From an uncultured Gammaproteobacteria bacterium (lineage in GTDB: Bacteria; Patescibacteriota; Patescibacteriia; Magasanikbacterales; JBBTQS01), in the NCBI GenBank assembly GCA_964627525.1, contig CAZVIA010000001.1, positions 72,384-136,383 on the forward strand: a stretch of 64,000 nt of DNA, in the 5' to 3' direction. The position numbers were made by a program, and so were the translations under genes. Shown here in pieces: positions 38,448-49,493 of the stretch. How positions within the stretch are numbered: the stretch's first letter is position 1; the number at the start of each line of letters is the position of its first letter. The notes beneath the pieces are model-generated. The model did no database searches and was not told where the DNA came from. It saw only the letters and a program-made list of their open reading frames with translations.

Positions 38448-39579
38448 ATCATGTTCTCCACATGAGTTTTCAACAATTGAGGAAGCTATTCTTTATTATG
38501 AAACTCTAGTTGAACATTTGGGTGCGGATTTTGCTTTGGTAGATAAAAATAAAAATATATTGTGTGTTACTAAAAAAGCACTGTCCAATCATATAGAAAA
38601 AAAAGACGCGATTGGTAAGAATTTTTTTGAAGTTTTTTCACACTTAAGAGACATTGGTTTTGATGAAACAATGGATCGTGTAATGGAATCTAAAAAACCT
38701 TATATTGATTTGTATGCTAAGCATACGACTGTAACTGGTTTGTCTGGATATTTTCATAGAAAATTTTTACCAATAGAATTGCCAGATCTTGGGACGTGCA
38801 TAATTGCAATGATTGAAAATGTTAATGAGCACAGGTTGGCAGAATTGCATGCACATGAATCAGAGTTTCGTTATCAGCGGTTGATTGAAACAATGAGTTT
38901 GATTTCATTTAGATTAGATGCAACAGGTAGATTTACTTATGTTAATAATGCTTCCCTAGGAATTTTTGAATGGAGTCCTGCTGAAATAGTTGGGACTTCT
39001 TTAGTTCAGTATTTGCACCCAGATGATGTTGGAACTTTTTGGAGAGTTTTTTGGCACGTTGTAAATCATGATCAAAGATTTGGAACTGTTGAAAACAGAA
39101 TTGTAACACGCACAGGTATTGTAAAACATATAAGATGGAATATTCATCCGGTTTATGATAATGAAGGAAAAATTATTGGGTCACAAGGTGTTGGTGAAGA
39201 TATTACAAGTGCACGTGAGGTTATGCAGAATTTGCAAGAAGGTTATGGAAAGTACAAAGGTTTTTTTAATGCTTTGCCAGTGCCAGTTTGTATTGTAAGT
39301 AAAGATGATAAAATCATGAGCGCAAACAGAAGTATGTGCAAGATGATCGGTTATTCGCAAAAAGAAATGCGTAATAAAACAATTTTTGATATACTACCTA
39401 TAGATCATTTAGATGAATCAACAAAACTTTGGACACGCTTAAAAGAGCGTGGGGGAATACCTAGAAAAAGATTTGTTTTTATGCGTAAAGACAAAGCCAA
39501 GGTTGTTGTAATGCTAAATGGCGTGCGGTTTGGTGATTATTTAATGTTAATCAGTGAACGTATAGGGAGGACATCATGA
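38425..39579 (+). CDS. multi-PAS (three) domain protein with no output domain
   Basis: LDATGRFTYVN, LHPDD, QGVGEDIT and MIGYSQKE PAS/PAC signatures. Confidence 0.85.
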   Translation: MYADVENKSCSPHEFSTIEEAILYYETLVEHLGADFALVDKNKNILCVTKKALSNHIEKKDAIGKNFFEVFSHLRDIGFDETMDRVMESKKPYIDLYAKHTTVTGLSGYFHRKFLPIELPDLGTCIIAMIENVNEHRLAELHAHESEFRYQRLIETMSLISFRLDATGRFTYVNNASLGIFEWSPAEIVGTSLVQYLHPDDVGTFWRVFWHVVNHDQRFGTVENRIVTRTGIVKHIRWNIHPVYDNEGKIIGSQGVGEDITSAREVMQNLQEGYGKYKGFFNALPVPVCIVSKDDKIMSANRSMCKMIGYSQKEMRNKTIFDILPIDHLDESTKLWTRLKERGGIPRKRFVFMRKDKAKVVVMLNGVRFGDYLMLISERIGRTS

Positions 39580-40727
39580 AAAAACGAACTTTAAGTCTTT
39601 TTGAGGCAGTAATGATAATCGTCGGTTCAGTAATAGGAGCTGGCGTTCTTGGTATTCCGTATGTAGTTGCGCAGGTTGGTTTTTGGGTGGGATTACTTTA
39701 TATTGCAGGTCTTGGTTTTGTAATGATTTTGTTGCATTTGTTTTTGGGTGAAATAGTTTTAAGAACAAAAAAATATTTACAAATAGGTGGTTTGTGTGAA
39801 AAATATCTTGGGAAAAAAGCAGGTGGCTTTATGAAGTTGTTAATGTTATTAATGCTCACAAGTGCATTAGTAGCATACATAGTTGGAATGGGAGAGGCAG
39901 CTCAAGCAATTTTTATAAATTATGGAATTGATATTCCAGCATATGCTTGGAGTATTATTGCATGGTTAATAGGATCAATTGTTGTTATAGCTGGTGTGCG
40001 AACTTTAGCACATATTGAATTTGTTTTGGCAAGTGTAATTTTTGTGATCATAATAATAATTGCAGCACTTGCAGCACCGCATATAGAAGTTGAAAAATTA
40101 ATGAGGTTTGATTTAGCGCAATTCTTTTTGCCTTATGGTGTTGTGTTATTTGCATTTCATGGAACAAATGCAATTGCAGAAGTTGAAGAGATAATGCCAA
40201 ATCAGCAAAAAAGAATGAAACAAGTAATTATTTTGGCTGGAGTTTTGCCAATAATTATTTATATATTATTTGCACTTGCGGTTGTTGGTGTGACTGGAAT
40301 TAACACAACTGAAATTGCAACAGTTGGTCTTGGAAAAGTTCTTGGCCCAGGAGCAATTGTTTTTGGAAATCTGTTTGCGTTGTTTGCAATGATGACAAGT
40401 TTTTTTGCTTTAGGTTTTGCATTGAGAAGAACTTATGAATGGGATTTTAATTTCAAAAAAATCATCGCATTACTACTAACACTTTGCGTGCCAATTTTGA
40501 TTTTTATTTTAGGGCTAAGAAATTTTATCGCAACAATTGGAATTGCAGGTGCGTTGTTTGGGAGCATTGAAGCGATTATGATAATTATGATGTTTTGGCG
40601 TGCGCGCAAAAAAGGTGACATGTCAGTTCGTGCTTATGCATTACATGGAGCGTCTTTTGTTGCAGTGTTGTTATTTTTAGTTTTTCTAGTTGGTGGTGTG
40701 TATGGATTGTTTGAAATTTTGTTTTAA
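39576..40727 (+). CDS. aromatic amino acid permease (Mtr/TyrP-like)
   Basis: IVGSVIGAGVLGIPY and LPYGVVLFAF motifs; about 11 TM helices. Confidence 0.85.
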   Translation: MKKRTLSLFEAVMIIVGSVIGAGVLGIPYVVAQVGFWVGLLYIAGLGFVMILLHLFLGEIVLRTKKYLQIGGLCEKYLGKKAGGFMKLLMLLMLTSALVAYIVGMGEAAQAIFINYGIDIPAYAWSIIAWLIGSIVVIAGVRTLAHIEFVLASVIFVIIIIIAALAAPHIEVEKLMRFDLAQFFLPYGVVLFAFHGTNAIAEVEEIMPNQQKRMKQVIILAGVLPIIIYILFALAVVGVTGINTTEIATVGLGKVLGPGAIVFGNLFALFAMMTSFFALGFALRRTYEWDFNFKKIIALLLTLCVPILIFILGLRNFIATIGIAGALFGSIEAIMIIMMFWRARKKGDMSVRAYALHGASFVAVLLFLVFLVGGVYGLFEILF

Positions 40728-40745
40728 GTTTAATTTTAAGTCCAA

Positions 40746-41552
40746 ATGATTTTACAAACAATTTTACTTGGAGCATTACAAGGAATAACAGAATTTTTAC
40801 CAGTGTCTAGTTCAGGACACTTGGTTTTTTTGCCATATTTAGCTGGTTGGGATTATCAGGGTTTGGCTTTTGATGTGTTAGTTCACACCGCAACACTAGT
40901 AGCAATTATTTTTGTTTTTAGAAAAATTATTTGGCAATTGATCAAAGGTTTTTTTGCGCCAAAAAAATTACCAAAAGAAAATCGTTTAGCTTGGTTTTTA
41001 ATTGTAGCAACAATACCAGCTGGTTTGGCAGGATATTTTTTAGCAGATCTGATTGAAGCACAATTACATACACCAAAAATAGTTGCAATTGGTTTATTGG
41101 TTGGTTCAGTGTTTTTGTGGGGAGCAGATTATTTATTGAAAAAAAATCGCAAACCAATTACTGATGTAAAAAAAATAAACATAAAACAAGCTTTATTAAT
41201 TGGGTTGGCACAAGTTATAGCTTTGATTCCAGGAATTTCAAGATCAGGTGTGACAATGAGTGCTGCTGTATCTTTGGGTGCAAGCAGAAAAACAGCAGCA
41301 GAGTTTTCGTTTTTACTAGGAGCCCCAGTATTTTTTGGAGCAAGTTTATTTCAAATATTAGACTTAATAGAGCAGGGGAAGTTAAGAGATTTTTTAAGTT
41401 TAGTAAATATTATAGGATTTTTTGTTGCTTTAATAATGGGAATTTTAGCAATTCGCGTTTTATTGAAGTTTTTACAGACAAAAACATTTAAAATTTTTAT
41501 AATTTACAGGATTTTGTTGGGGATTTTGATTCTTGGAATGTTGGTTGTGTAG
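40746..41552 (+). CDS. uppP: undecaprenyl-diphosphatase
   Basis: QGITEFLPVSSSGH, PGISRSG and AAEFSFLL motifs. Confidence 0.96.
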   Translation: MILQTILLGALQGITEFLPVSSSGHLVFLPYLAGWDYQGLAFDVLVHTATLVAIIFVFRKIIWQLIKGFFAPKKLPKENRLAWFLIVATIPAGLAGYFLADLIEAQLHTPKIVAIGLLVGSVFLWGADYLLKKNRKPITDVKKINIKQALLIGLAQVIALIPGISRSGVTMSAAVSLGASRKTAAEFSFLLGAPVFFGASLFQILDLIEQGKLRDFLSLVNIIGFFVALIMGILAIRVLLKFLQTKTFKIFIIYRILLGILILGMLVV

Positions 41553-41605
41553 ATAAAATATCCGTGCTAAAATTGTATTAACCTTATTTTAGGGAAAAAA
41601 CACCA

Positions 41606-42301
41606 ATGATAGTAGAATTTTTTTCAACAATTTTATATGAGCCACTGTTTAATTTGCTGGTGTGGCTTTATAATAATTATACTGCAGAAAGTTTTGGCTG
41701 GGCAGTTATTTTTATGACGGTTGGGTTGCGTATTGCAATGTTGCCGCTTTCAATTATTTCTGAAAGAAACAAGTTGAGATATGCATCATTGGAGCGAAGA
41801 ATTGGTTCAATTAAAAGAGATTATCATAAAGATCCAGTGGGTGAAAGAGTTAGAATTAGACAACTGACACGTGATCATGGTGTAAGCCCTTGGGCAAAAA
41901 CAATGTTGCTACTGATTCAAGGTTTGATTTTTGTTGTGCTGTATTGGGTGTTTATTCGTGGAGTTAATAATCAAAAAATTGCGCAAGTGTTGTATGAGTT
42001 TGTTGATCATCCAGGATTGATTAGTACAGATTTTTATGGTTTTGATATTGCAAAGCGAAGCATGATTTGGTCTGGCCTAGTTGGAATTTTAATGTATATT
42101 GTGATTTGGCTTGAGCAAAAAGGAATGCGAATGACAAAATCAGAAATGTATTTTAGGATATTTTTCCCATTAGGAATTTTCCTTTTCTTGTGGCTACTTC
42201 CAATGGTAAAATCTTTGTTCTTTATGACATCAATAATGTTTTCAGCTGTCCTCATTGTTGTAAGAAAAATTTTTATTAAAGCACCGAAAGCTTCGGGTTA
42301 A
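41606..42301 (+). CDS. yidC: YidC/Oxa1-family insertase (short form)
   Basis: YEPLFNLL..FGWAVIFMTVGLRIAMLPL..LLIQ. Confidence 0.75.
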   Translation: MIVEFFSTILYEPLFNLLVWLYNNYTAESFGWAVIFMTVGLRIAMLPLSIISERNKLRYASLERRIGSIKRDYHKDPVGERVRIRQLTRDHGVSPWAKTMLLLIQGLIFVVLYWVFIRGVNNQKIAQVLYEFVDHPGLISTDFYGFDIAKRSMIWSGLVGILMYIVIWLEQKGMRMTKSEMYFRIFFPLGIFLFLWLLPMVKSLFFMTSIMFSAVLIVVRKIFIKAPKASG

Positions 42302-42339
42302 ATACTAAACACCAAACATTAAACACTAAACAAAAAATT

Positions 42340-42912
42340 ATGTCTGCAGAATCTTTAGATAAATTAATGTATTCATTTGTAATTGAGGATGTGCTCAAGG
42401 GTGTTTTTATTCATGTGCCACCGGGTTATGTTGCTTGTGTTTATGATTTGGGTAGAGGTGTGTTGAAAAAAGTTTTAACTCCAGGTTTGCATTTGAAAAT
42501 TCCTTTTTGGCAAAAAGCAAAATTATTTAATACACAAACTTTGGAATATAGTATTACTACAGAATTTAATCCAGCAAATGAACATGCGCTTGGAGATGTG
42601 CCTTTGTCTGCTACTAGTAAAGATGATAAAAAAATGTTGATTCAAGGTTCTGTGTTAATGCGATTAGATATTCATCAGATTCCAGCTATTTGGCAAACAA
42701 TTGGTGAGGATTTTGTTATGAAAATTATTCGCCCAGCGATTCGTTCTCGTTTAAGATTAAGTGCTTCACATTGGAATGCGCAAGAAATTATTTCTGCAAA
42801 ACGTGATGAAGTTGAAGAAGAAATGCGTAAGTCTTTAGAAGAAGTGTTTAAACCAAGAGGAATTTATGTTGAGGATATTTTGTTAAGTGAGGTAAGTGGT
42901 TCGGGAAGATAG
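42340..42912 (+). CDS. SPFH/prohibitin-domain protein
   Basis: VPPGY, PGLHLKIPF and SKD motifs; Band-7 pattern. Confidence 0.85.
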   Translation: MSAESLDKLMYSFVIEDVLKGVFIHVPPGYVACVYDLGRGVLKKVLTPGLHLKIPFWQKAKLFNTQTLEYSITTEFNPANEHALGDVPLSATSKDDKKMLIQGSVLMRLDIHQIPAIWQTIGEDFVMKIIRPAIRSRLRLSASHWNAQEIISAKRDEVEEEMRKSLEEVFKPRGIYVEDILLSEVSGSGR

Positions 42913-42939
42913 TTTTATTTTTAAAGGGATTTAAAATAT

Positions 42940-43545
42940 ATGAAAATATTTTTTGCGCTACTACTATTATTTTTTCCATTGTTAACTAGTGCTGCCACAG
43001 AAACATCTGTTGTAGAAAATTCTGTAACAGACATTCCAGAGTTTATTATTTGTGAAGAAAATCAAGAGCAAGATGATGTTGATTGGTGTAAATGGGATTT
43101 GGCAATTGAACTTGGTGATATAAATGTTTGTGATTCAATAATTAACAAAACTTATTTATATTATTGTTATACAGATATAGCAGTAACTTTAAACCAAGGT
43201 AAGGTTTGTGGAAATATTCCTTTGGGCGAGTATCGTGATAATTGTAATAAAAAAGTTGCTGAAGCTACTAAAGATTCAGCTCCTTGTGAATATGTTCAAG
43301 ATGAAGCTGTAAAAAATCAATGCTTGGTTTTGTCAGGGGCTATTGAAGTTGATGTTGGGGAAGAGGAAACTTTTGATGAGGTAGTTGATCCAGAATTAAA
43401 TGAAAATGATTTAATTGATTTTGTTTCAGATGATGATTTTTGGGAAAATAATGTAATTCAGATTTTGGGAATCGTTGTTGGTACAATAATTTTTGTGATA
43501 ATTTTAGTAGTAATTTTAAGTAGAAGAAAAAAATATGACGTCTAA
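42940..43545 (+). CDS. secreted Cys-repeat protein with C-terminal TM
   Basis: Signal peptide; repeated C-A-x6-C helical units; TM followed by RRKK. Confidence 0.75.
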   Translation: MKIFFALLLLFFPLLTSAATETSVVENSVTDIPEFIICEENQEQDDVDWCKWDLAIELGDINVCDSIINKTYLYYCYTDIAVTLNQGKVCGNIPLGEYRDNCNKKVAEATKDSAPCEYVQDEAVKNQCLVLSGAIEVDVGEEETFDEVVDPELNENDLIDFVSDDDFWENNVIQILGIVVGTIIFVIILVVILSRRKKYDV

Positions 43546-43978
43546 AGGAAAAAAACGATTGGGAATATTTTTTATTTTGTTACCAATAGTATTGTTGTTG
43601 GTTGCTGTTATAGGTTATGCTATTGCAAGTTTTGTTGTGGCAACTGATCAGGTTCCTAGAAAAATAGAAAACATTGAAATTTCAACATCAACTGCAGGAC
43701 TACAAGAGGTGGGTCTGCGAGATACTGTCGGTAGTATAGTGCAAATAATTCTTGGGTTTTTAGGAATAATTGGGGTGTTGGGGTTGTTTGTGTTTATTCC
43801 TTTGGGAATTGTGTTAATGGTTACTGCTAAAGAAAAAGTTCCAGAAGGAGCTAAGGTTCCAGATTATGTTGGGGTTGGAGAAAAGTCTGGAGAAAAGTCC
43901 GCAGCAGAGTCCGTAGAAAAACCAGAAGAACAATCTAAAGAGTCAGAGCAAAAACCCACAGAAAAACCAAAAGAATAA
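43535..43978 (+). CDS. hypothetical membrane protein (2 TM)
   Basis: Two hydrophobic segments and a charged tail. Confidence 0.7.
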   Translation: MTSKGKKRLGIFFILLPIVLLLVAVIGYAIASFVVATDQVPRKIENIEISTSTAGLQEVGLRDTVGSIVQIILGFLGIIGVLGLFVFIPLGIVLMVTAKEKVPEGAKVPDYVGVGEKSGEKSAAESVEKPEEQSKESEQKPTEKPKE

Positions 43979-44056
43979 AAATTTCTCACTAAATTAGATA
44001 AAATTCAAAATACTTGCATTGATTGATGCAAGTATTTTGTTAGGGTTATGTGAGTA

Positions 44057-44085
44057 TTGACACATTTCCCGCCTCTTGATACAAT
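44057..44085 (+). promoter_or_regulatory. sigma70 promoter of the heat-shock operon
   Basis: TTGACA-17 nt-TACAAT. Confidence 0.8.
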
Positions 44086-44089
44086 CTCA

Positions 44090-44116
44090 TTAGCACTCGC
44101 TTGACGAGAGTGCTAA
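44090..44116 (+). promoter_or_regulatory. CIRCE operator
   Basis: Perfect TTAGCACTC-N9-GAGTGCTAA upstream of hrcA. Confidence 0.98.
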
Positions 44117-44133
44117 TTGCATTTAAAATATAT

Positions 44134-44850
44134 ATGCAACCAAGAAAACAAAAATTACTTCAAGGAATTGTAGAGTTATACACAGAAAATGCCGAGCCAG
44201 TTGGATCGCAAAAACTACTAAATTTTTGTGATTTAAATATTAGTTCTGCAACTGTGCGAAATGAACTCAAGTCTTTGGAACAAAACAATTATGTTATCCA
44301 GCCACACACAAGTGCTGGCAGAGTTCCAACAGCAGAGGCGTATAGATATTATGTAAAATATTTTCTTAAGCCATCAGTTCCTCAAGAAGTTTTACAATTT
44401 ATTCAAAGCAATCAAGCATCTGAAAATCTTGATCAAGTCAAAAATTTAGCACAAGACATAAAACAGTTTGCAAAATTTTTAGCAGAAGAGTTGGGTCAAA
44501 TGGTTTTTATAGTTTTCTCAAAAGATCAATTGTACTACACAGGATTGTCTAATTTATTTGCAAAACCAGAATTTGCAGATCAAGGTACAGTGCAAAATGT
44601 AAGTCAGTTGCTAGATAGATTTGATGAAATTGCATATAACATGTTTGGTTTGGTTAAAGATAAAGATTTGCACATTCATATTGGCGAAGGAAATCCTTTT
44701 GGAAAAAATTGCGCAATAATGCACAGTCCATTTCGTATTGATGAAAATCAAAATAGTTTGATTGGGGTATTAGGGCCAACAAGAATGAATTACAATAAAG
44801 TAATTGGTGTGATGCGCGCTGCAAAACAATATCTAGATGCAATGAAATAA
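44134..44850 (+). CDS. hrcA: heat-inducible transcription repressor HrcA (short form)
   Basis: EPVGS, SSATVRNEL, QPHTSAGRVPT and GPTRMNY motifs. Confidence 0.95.
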   Translation: MQPRKQKLLQGIVELYTENAEPVGSQKLLNFCDLNISSATVRNELKSLEQNNYVIQPHTSAGRVPTAEAYRYYVKYFLKPSVPQEVLQFIQSNQASENLDQVKNLAQDIKQFAKFLAEELGQMVFIVFSKDQLYYTGLSNLFAKPEFADQGTVQNVSQLLDRFDEIAYNMFGLVKDKDLHIHIGEGNPFGKNCAIMHSPFRIDENQNSLIGVLGPTRMNYNKVIGVMRAAKQYLDAMK

Positions 44851-44856
44851 TTTTTT

Positions 44857-45351
44857 ATGAAAAGAAAAAAGAAAATCAAATGTAATTGTGAAGAGTATTT
44901 AAATAATTGGAAGCGTGCTTTGGCTGATTATGAAAATTTGCAAAAAAACTTATCACAACAAAAGCAACAAATGCGAATTTCAACTATAGAAAATGTTGCT
45001 CAGATGGTTTTGCCAATATTAGATAATTTTACAATGGCATTTGATCATGCACCAAAAACTAAAACAAAAAAGATTAGTCAATGGATTGAGGGGATTGGTC
45101 ACATAAAACACCAGTATGAAAATATGTTAGATGAAATTGGTTTGCAAGAAATTGATTGTACAGGAATAGCAAATCCAGAATTGCATGAAGTAATAGATAC
45201 TGAAAAAAGCCTAAGCTCTGAAAAAAGCCCAAACCCAAATCCAAATCCAGACACACAAGAAGACGGAAAAATCATAAAAATAATTCAAAGAGGATATAAA
45301 TTTGGTGACACAGTTATAAGGTGTGCCAAAGTAATAACAATAAATAATTAA
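44857..45351 (+). CDS. grpE: nucleotide exchange factor GrpE
   Basis: RALADYENL, LPILDNF, PELHE and QRGY motifs. Confidence 0.93.
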   Translation: MKRKKKIKCNCEEYLNNWKRALADYENLQKNLSQQKQQMRISTIENVAQMVLPILDNFTMAFDHAPKTKTKKISQWIEGIGHIKHQYENMLDEIGLQEIDCTGIANPELHEVIDTEKSLSSEKSPNPNPNPDTQEDGKIIKIIQRGYKFGDTVIRCAKVITINN

Positions 45352-45358
45352 TTAAAAT

Positions 45359-45790
45359 ATGGCAATAATTCCTTTCGATGAAATGGATCAAATGATGCGC
45401 GAGTTTTGGCCAATGCCGGCTTTGCGACATGGTGGAAGTTTTATTCCAGCTGTTGATGTTTATGAAACAAAAGACAGTGTGGTTGTTGAAACTCCTTTGG
45501 CAGGTATTGATCCAAAAGATGTAAAAGTTGAAATGGAGGGTAATATGCTTGTGATTTTTGGTGAATCAAAAAAAGAACGCGAAGTTGATGAGAAAAATTA
45601 TTATAGAAAAGAATGTCGTTCAGGTTCGTTTCATCGTGCTTTAAGAATGCCAACAAGTGTTGATGCAAACAAAATTAAAGCAGAATATGAAAATGGTGTT
45701 TTAAAAATTACAGCACCAAAGCAGAAAAAAGAAAAATCACATAAGATTGAAGTAAAAATTAATAAACACATTAATAAACAAAACAAATAA
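45359..45790 (+). CDS. Hsp20/alpha-crystallin small heat-shock protein
   Basis: PAVDVYET, GSFHR and AEYENGVLKITAPK motifs. Confidence 0.93.
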   Translation: MAIIPFDEMDQMMREFWPMPALRHGGSFIPAVDVYETKDSVVVETPLAGIDPKDVKVEMEGNMLVIFGESKKEREVDEKNYYRKECRSGSFHRALRMPTSVDANKIKAEYENGVLKITAPKQKKEKSHKIEVKINKHINKQNK

Positions 45791-45799
45791 TAAAAATTT

Positions 45800-47794
45800 A
45801 TGCCGAAAATTTTAGGAATAGACTTAGGAACTACAAACTCTGCCATGGCGATCATGGAAGGTGGTAGTCCAAAAATTTTAGAAAATAAAGAAGGAAATCG
45901 TACGACACCTTCTATTGTTGCAATGTCTAAAAATAATGAACGTCTAGTTGGTCAAACAGCAAAACGTCAGGCAGTGACAAATCCGGAAAATACTTTGTTT
46001 TCAATTAAGCGATTGATTGGTCGTTCTTTTGAAGATGAGGAAGTTCAAAATGCAATGAAGATTTTGCCTTATAAAATAGTTAAAGCAGGTGAGGGTGTAA
46101 AAGTTGTGATGGGAGATAAGGAACACACTCCGCAAGAAATTGCTGCAATGGTTTTAGGAAAACTAAAAGCAGATGCAGAAGAGCGTTTGGGTGAAAAAAT
46201 TGAAGAAGCTGTTATTACAGTTCCAGCTTATTTTGATAATGCACAAAGACAAGCTACAAAAGATGCAGGTGAAATTGCTGGGCTAAAAGTTAGTCGTGTG
46301 ATTAATGAGCCAACTGCAGCTGCGTTTGCATATGGTTTTGACAAAGATAATGATCACAAAATTGCAGTTTATGATTTGGGTGGTGGAACTTTTGATGTGT
46401 CAATTCTTGAAGTTGCTTATGATAAAGAAGCAAATCAAAATACAGTGGAAGTTAAGGCGACAAACGGTAATACGCTTTTAGGTGGTGATGATTTTGATAA
46501 AAAACTTATTGATTGGATTATTGATGAGTTTAAAAAAGATCAGGGCGTTGATTTGTCTGGAGATCCTTTGGCAATGCAAAGAATTAAAGAGGCTGCAGAA
46601 AAAGCTAAGATTGAATTGTCTTCAGCAGTTGAAACAGAAATTAATCAGCCGTTTATTACAAGTGATGCTTCGGGACCAAAGCACATGGTTATGAAAATGA
46701 CTCGTGCGAAAATGGAAGAATTAGTTGATGAGTTGGTTGAAAAAACTTTAGAGCCATGTCGTAAGGCTTTGCAAGATGCTGGTTTGCAAACAGCTGATAT
46801 AAATGAAGTGATTTTAGTTGGTGGAATGACTCGTATGCCTTTGGTGCAAAAAAAGGTTGAGAACTTTTTTGCAAAAAAACCAAACTTAAGTGTTAATCCA
46901 GATGAGGTTGTTGCATCAGGTGCTGCAATTCAAGCAGGTCAGTTGCAAGGTGATTTGGGTAAAGATATTTTGTTGCTAGATGTAACTCCATTGTCTTTGG
47001 GTATTGAAACTTTGGGTGGTGTTTGTACAAAACTTATTGAGAGAAATACAACAATCCCTTCTTCAAAATCACAAATTTTTTCAACAGCTGCAGATAGTCA
47101 GCCGTCTGTTGAAATTCATGTGTTGCAAGGTGAGCGTGAAATGGCAGGGGATAATAAAACTTTGGGTAGATTTATTTTGGATGGTATTCCACCAGCACCA
47201 CGCGGTATTCCACAAGTTGAAGTAAGTTTTGATATTGATGCAAATGGAATTTTAAATGTTAAAGCACAAGATAAAGCAACTAACAAAGAGCAGTCAATTA
47301 GAATTGAGGCTTCAAGTGGTTTGTCTAAAGATGAAATTGAAAAAATGAAACAAGATGCAGAAACACATGCTGATAGCGACAAGAAAAAGCGTGAGCAAAT
47401 TGATATTCGAAATACTGCAGACACAATGGTTTATACAACTGAAAAAATGTTGAAAGAAGCTGAAGAAAAGAAAATTAATATTCCAGAAGCAGACAAAAGT
47501 GAAGTGCAGGAGAAATTGGATGCTTTGAAAAAAGTTAAAGATGGTGATGATATTGAAGCAATTAAAAAAACTTCAGATGAATTGGCAACTTCTGCACAAA
47601 AAGTTGGCACTGCGATGTACCAACAACAGCAAGCTCAAGCGCAGGCGCAAAAAGGTGGTGGGCAAGCTCCAGGTCAACCAGGGCAGTCAGGTGCAGCTGG
47701 ACCAGAACAACCAACCCAACCTGAACAACCTAAAGCAGAAGACAAAAAAGATGAGCCAGAAGTTGTTGAGGGTGAGGTTGTAGATGAAAATTAA
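45800..47794 (+). CDS. dnaK: chaperone DnaK
   Basis: [17 protein letters not shown] and [13 protein letters not shown] motifs. Confidence 0.99.
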   Translation: MPKILGIDLGTTNSAMAIMEGGSPKILENKEGNRTTPSIVAMSKNNERLVGQTAKRQAVTNPENTLFSIKRLIGRSFEDEEVQNAMKILPYKIVKAGEGVKVVMGDKEHTPQEIAAMVLGKLKADAEERLGEKIEEAVITVPAYFDNAQRQATKDAGEIAGLKVSRVINEPTAAAFAYGFDKDNDHKIAVYDLGGGTFDVSILEVAYDKEANQNTVEVKATNGNTLLGGDDFDKKLIDWIIDEFKKDQGVDLSGDPLAMQRIKEAAEKAKIELSSAVETEINQPFITSDASGPKHMVMKMTRAKMEELVDELVEKTLEPCRKALQDAGLQTADINEVILVGGMTRMPLVQKKVENFFAKKPNLSVNPDEVVASGAAIQAGQLQGDLGKDILLLDVTPLSLGIETLGGVCTKLIERNTTIPSSKSQIFSTAADSQPSVEIHVLQGEREMAGDNKTLGRFILDGIPPAPRGIPQVEVSFDIDANGILNVKAQDKATNKEQSIRIEASSGLSKDEIEKMKQDAETHADSDKKKREQIDIRNTADTMVYTTEKMLKEAEEKKINIPEADKSEVQEKLDALKKVKDGDDIEAIKKTSDELATSAQKVGTAMYQQQQAQAQAQKGGGQAPGQPGQSGAAGPEQPTQPEQPKAEDKKDEPEVVEGEVVDEN

Positions 47795-47796
47795 AA

Positions 47797-48861
47797 ATGT
47801 CCCAAGACCCATACAAAACATTAAACGTTGATAAATCCGCATCAGAAGATGAGGTTAAAAAATCTTATCGGCGTTTAGCACATAAATACCACCCAGACAA
47901 AGAAGGTGGTGATGAGAAAAAGTTCAAAGAAGTGAACTCGGCTTTTCAAATACTTGGAAATAAAGAAAAGCGTCAGCAATTTGATCAATTTGGTACTACA
48001 TTTGATCAAGCTGGTGGTGCTGGGGGTCAAGGCCCTTTTGGTGGTTTTGGGGGCTTTGGAGGGCAAGCAGGTGGCTTTAATGTGAATTTTGAGGACTTGG
48101 GTGACTTGTTTGGTGGTATGTTTGGAGGTGGAAGAGCAAAACGTCGCGCAAAAGGTCAGGACATTGTTGTTGATCTGGAATTAGAGTTTTCAGAATCAAT
48201 ACTTGGAGTGAAAAGAACTATTGTTTTGCATAGAGGTGTAAGTTGTGATTCATGTTCTGGAACAGGTGCTGAAGCTGGTACAACAATGAAGAATTGTACT
48301 TCTTGTAATGGTTCTGGGCAAGTTACTCAAATGCAAAGAACAATTTTAGGAAATATTCAAACTTCAAAAACTTGTACTTCATGCCAAGGTCAAGGACAGT
48401 TTCCAGAAATAAATTGTAAGCAATGTCGTGGTGCAGGAATTGAAAAAAAGAACACTGAAATAGAAGTGCATATTCCAGCTGGTATTGATGATGGTGCTAC
48501 AATGAAATTTGCTGGAAAAGGTGAGGCCTCAACACATAAAGGAGTGTCAGGTGATTTATATGTGAGGATTCATGTGCAAGACGACAAAAGTTTTGAAAGA
48601 AAAGGATTTGATTTGCACACAACAAAATTTGTAAGTTTTAAACAAGTTGTTTTAGGTGATACTGTTGATGTTAAAACAGTTGATGGTTTAGTTAATTTAA
48701 AAATTCCTTCAGCAACGCAGTCAGGTACTATTTTTAGAGTAAAAGGACGTGGTGTAAAAGATAGGGGAGATATGTATGTGAGGATTGAGGTTGATGTGCC
48801 GAAAAAAATGAGTAGAAAAGCTAAAAAATTATTAGAGGAATTTGAGCAAGAGCTTTCATAG
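47797..48861 (+). CDS. dnaJ: chaperone DnaJ
   Basis: HPD J-domain, G/F region and four CxxCxGxG motifs. Confidence 0.98.
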   Translation: MSQDPYKTLNVDKSASEDEVKKSYRRLAHKYHPDKEGGDEKKFKEVNSAFQILGNKEKRQQFDQFGTTFDQAGGAGGQGPFGGFGGFGGQAGGFNVNFEDLGDLFGGMFGGGRAKRRAKGQDIVVDLELEFSESILGVKRTIVLHRGVSCDSCSGTGAEAGTTMKNCTSCNGSGQVTQMQRTILGNIQTSKTCTSCQGQGQFPEINCKQCRGAGIEKKNTEIEVHIPAGIDDGATMKFAGKGEASTHKGVSGDLYVRIHVQDDKSFERKGFDLHTTKFVSFKQVVLGDTVDVKTVDGLVNLKIPSATQSGTIFRVKGRGVKDRGDMYVRIEVDVPKKMSRKAKKLLEEFEQELS

Positions 48862-48907
48862 TTAACACTTTGGCGTTTTTGTTTTATAATGTATTTATAA
48901 AATAGTT

Positions 48908-49465
48908 ATGGAGGGTGCTTTAGATTTAATTACAAATTTTTCACAAAACATAAACTGGTCAGCACCGACTTGGGATCTTTTTATTTTGATCTTTTTTATT
49001 GTGGCAACATTTTTGTATGGAATTTCTTTGGGGCGCGATAGAATAATAGTAATAATGGTGGGCTTATACATGGCTTTGGCAATTGTTGGTAACACCCCGT
49101 TCTTACAAGACTTTACAGCAAAAATAGATGTGCAGGGTTTTGGTTTTAAATTTTCAATTTTTGTTGGGTTGTTTGTTGTGTTCTTTTTTCTTTTATCAAA
49201 CAGTGCTCTTTCAGATGCTTTAAATGGTTATAAAATTTCAAAAAAAGGAAATTGGATTCAAACACTGTTGATAAGTATTTTGCATGTTGGTTTGTTGATA
49301 AGTATTGTGTTGTCTTTTATCCCAGCAGATTCAGTTGCAATTCTTTCTTCTGTTACACAAAAAATCTTTCTCGCAGACATGTCTAGATTTCTTTGGTTGA
49401 TAATGCCAATAGCTGCAATGATTTTGTTTCAAGGTGGTGGCAAGAGGAGGGGAGAAGATGAATAA
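48908..49465 (+). CDS. hypothetical multi-TM membrane protein
   Basis: About five hydrophobic segments. Confidence 0.75.
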   Translation: MEGALDLITNFSQNINWSAPTWDLFILIFFIVATFLYGISLGRDRIIVIMVGLYMALAIVGNTPFLQDFTAKIDVQGFGFKFSIFVGLFVVFFFLLSNSALSDALNGYKISKKGNWIQTLLISILHVGLLISIVLSFIPADSVAILSSVTQKIFLADMSRFLWLIMPIAAMILFQGGGKRRGEDE

Positions 49466-49493
49466 TTAATTTGTTTTAAAAAAATTTTTATAA

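Noticed and set aside
44101-44133. TTG start for hrcA
   Set aside because: Lies inside the CIRCE operator; ATG 44134 fits the HrcA N-terminus
44090-48861. hsp20 inside the hrcA-grpE-dnaK-dnaJ operon as a novelty
   Set aside because: Functionally expected heat-shock gene arrangement
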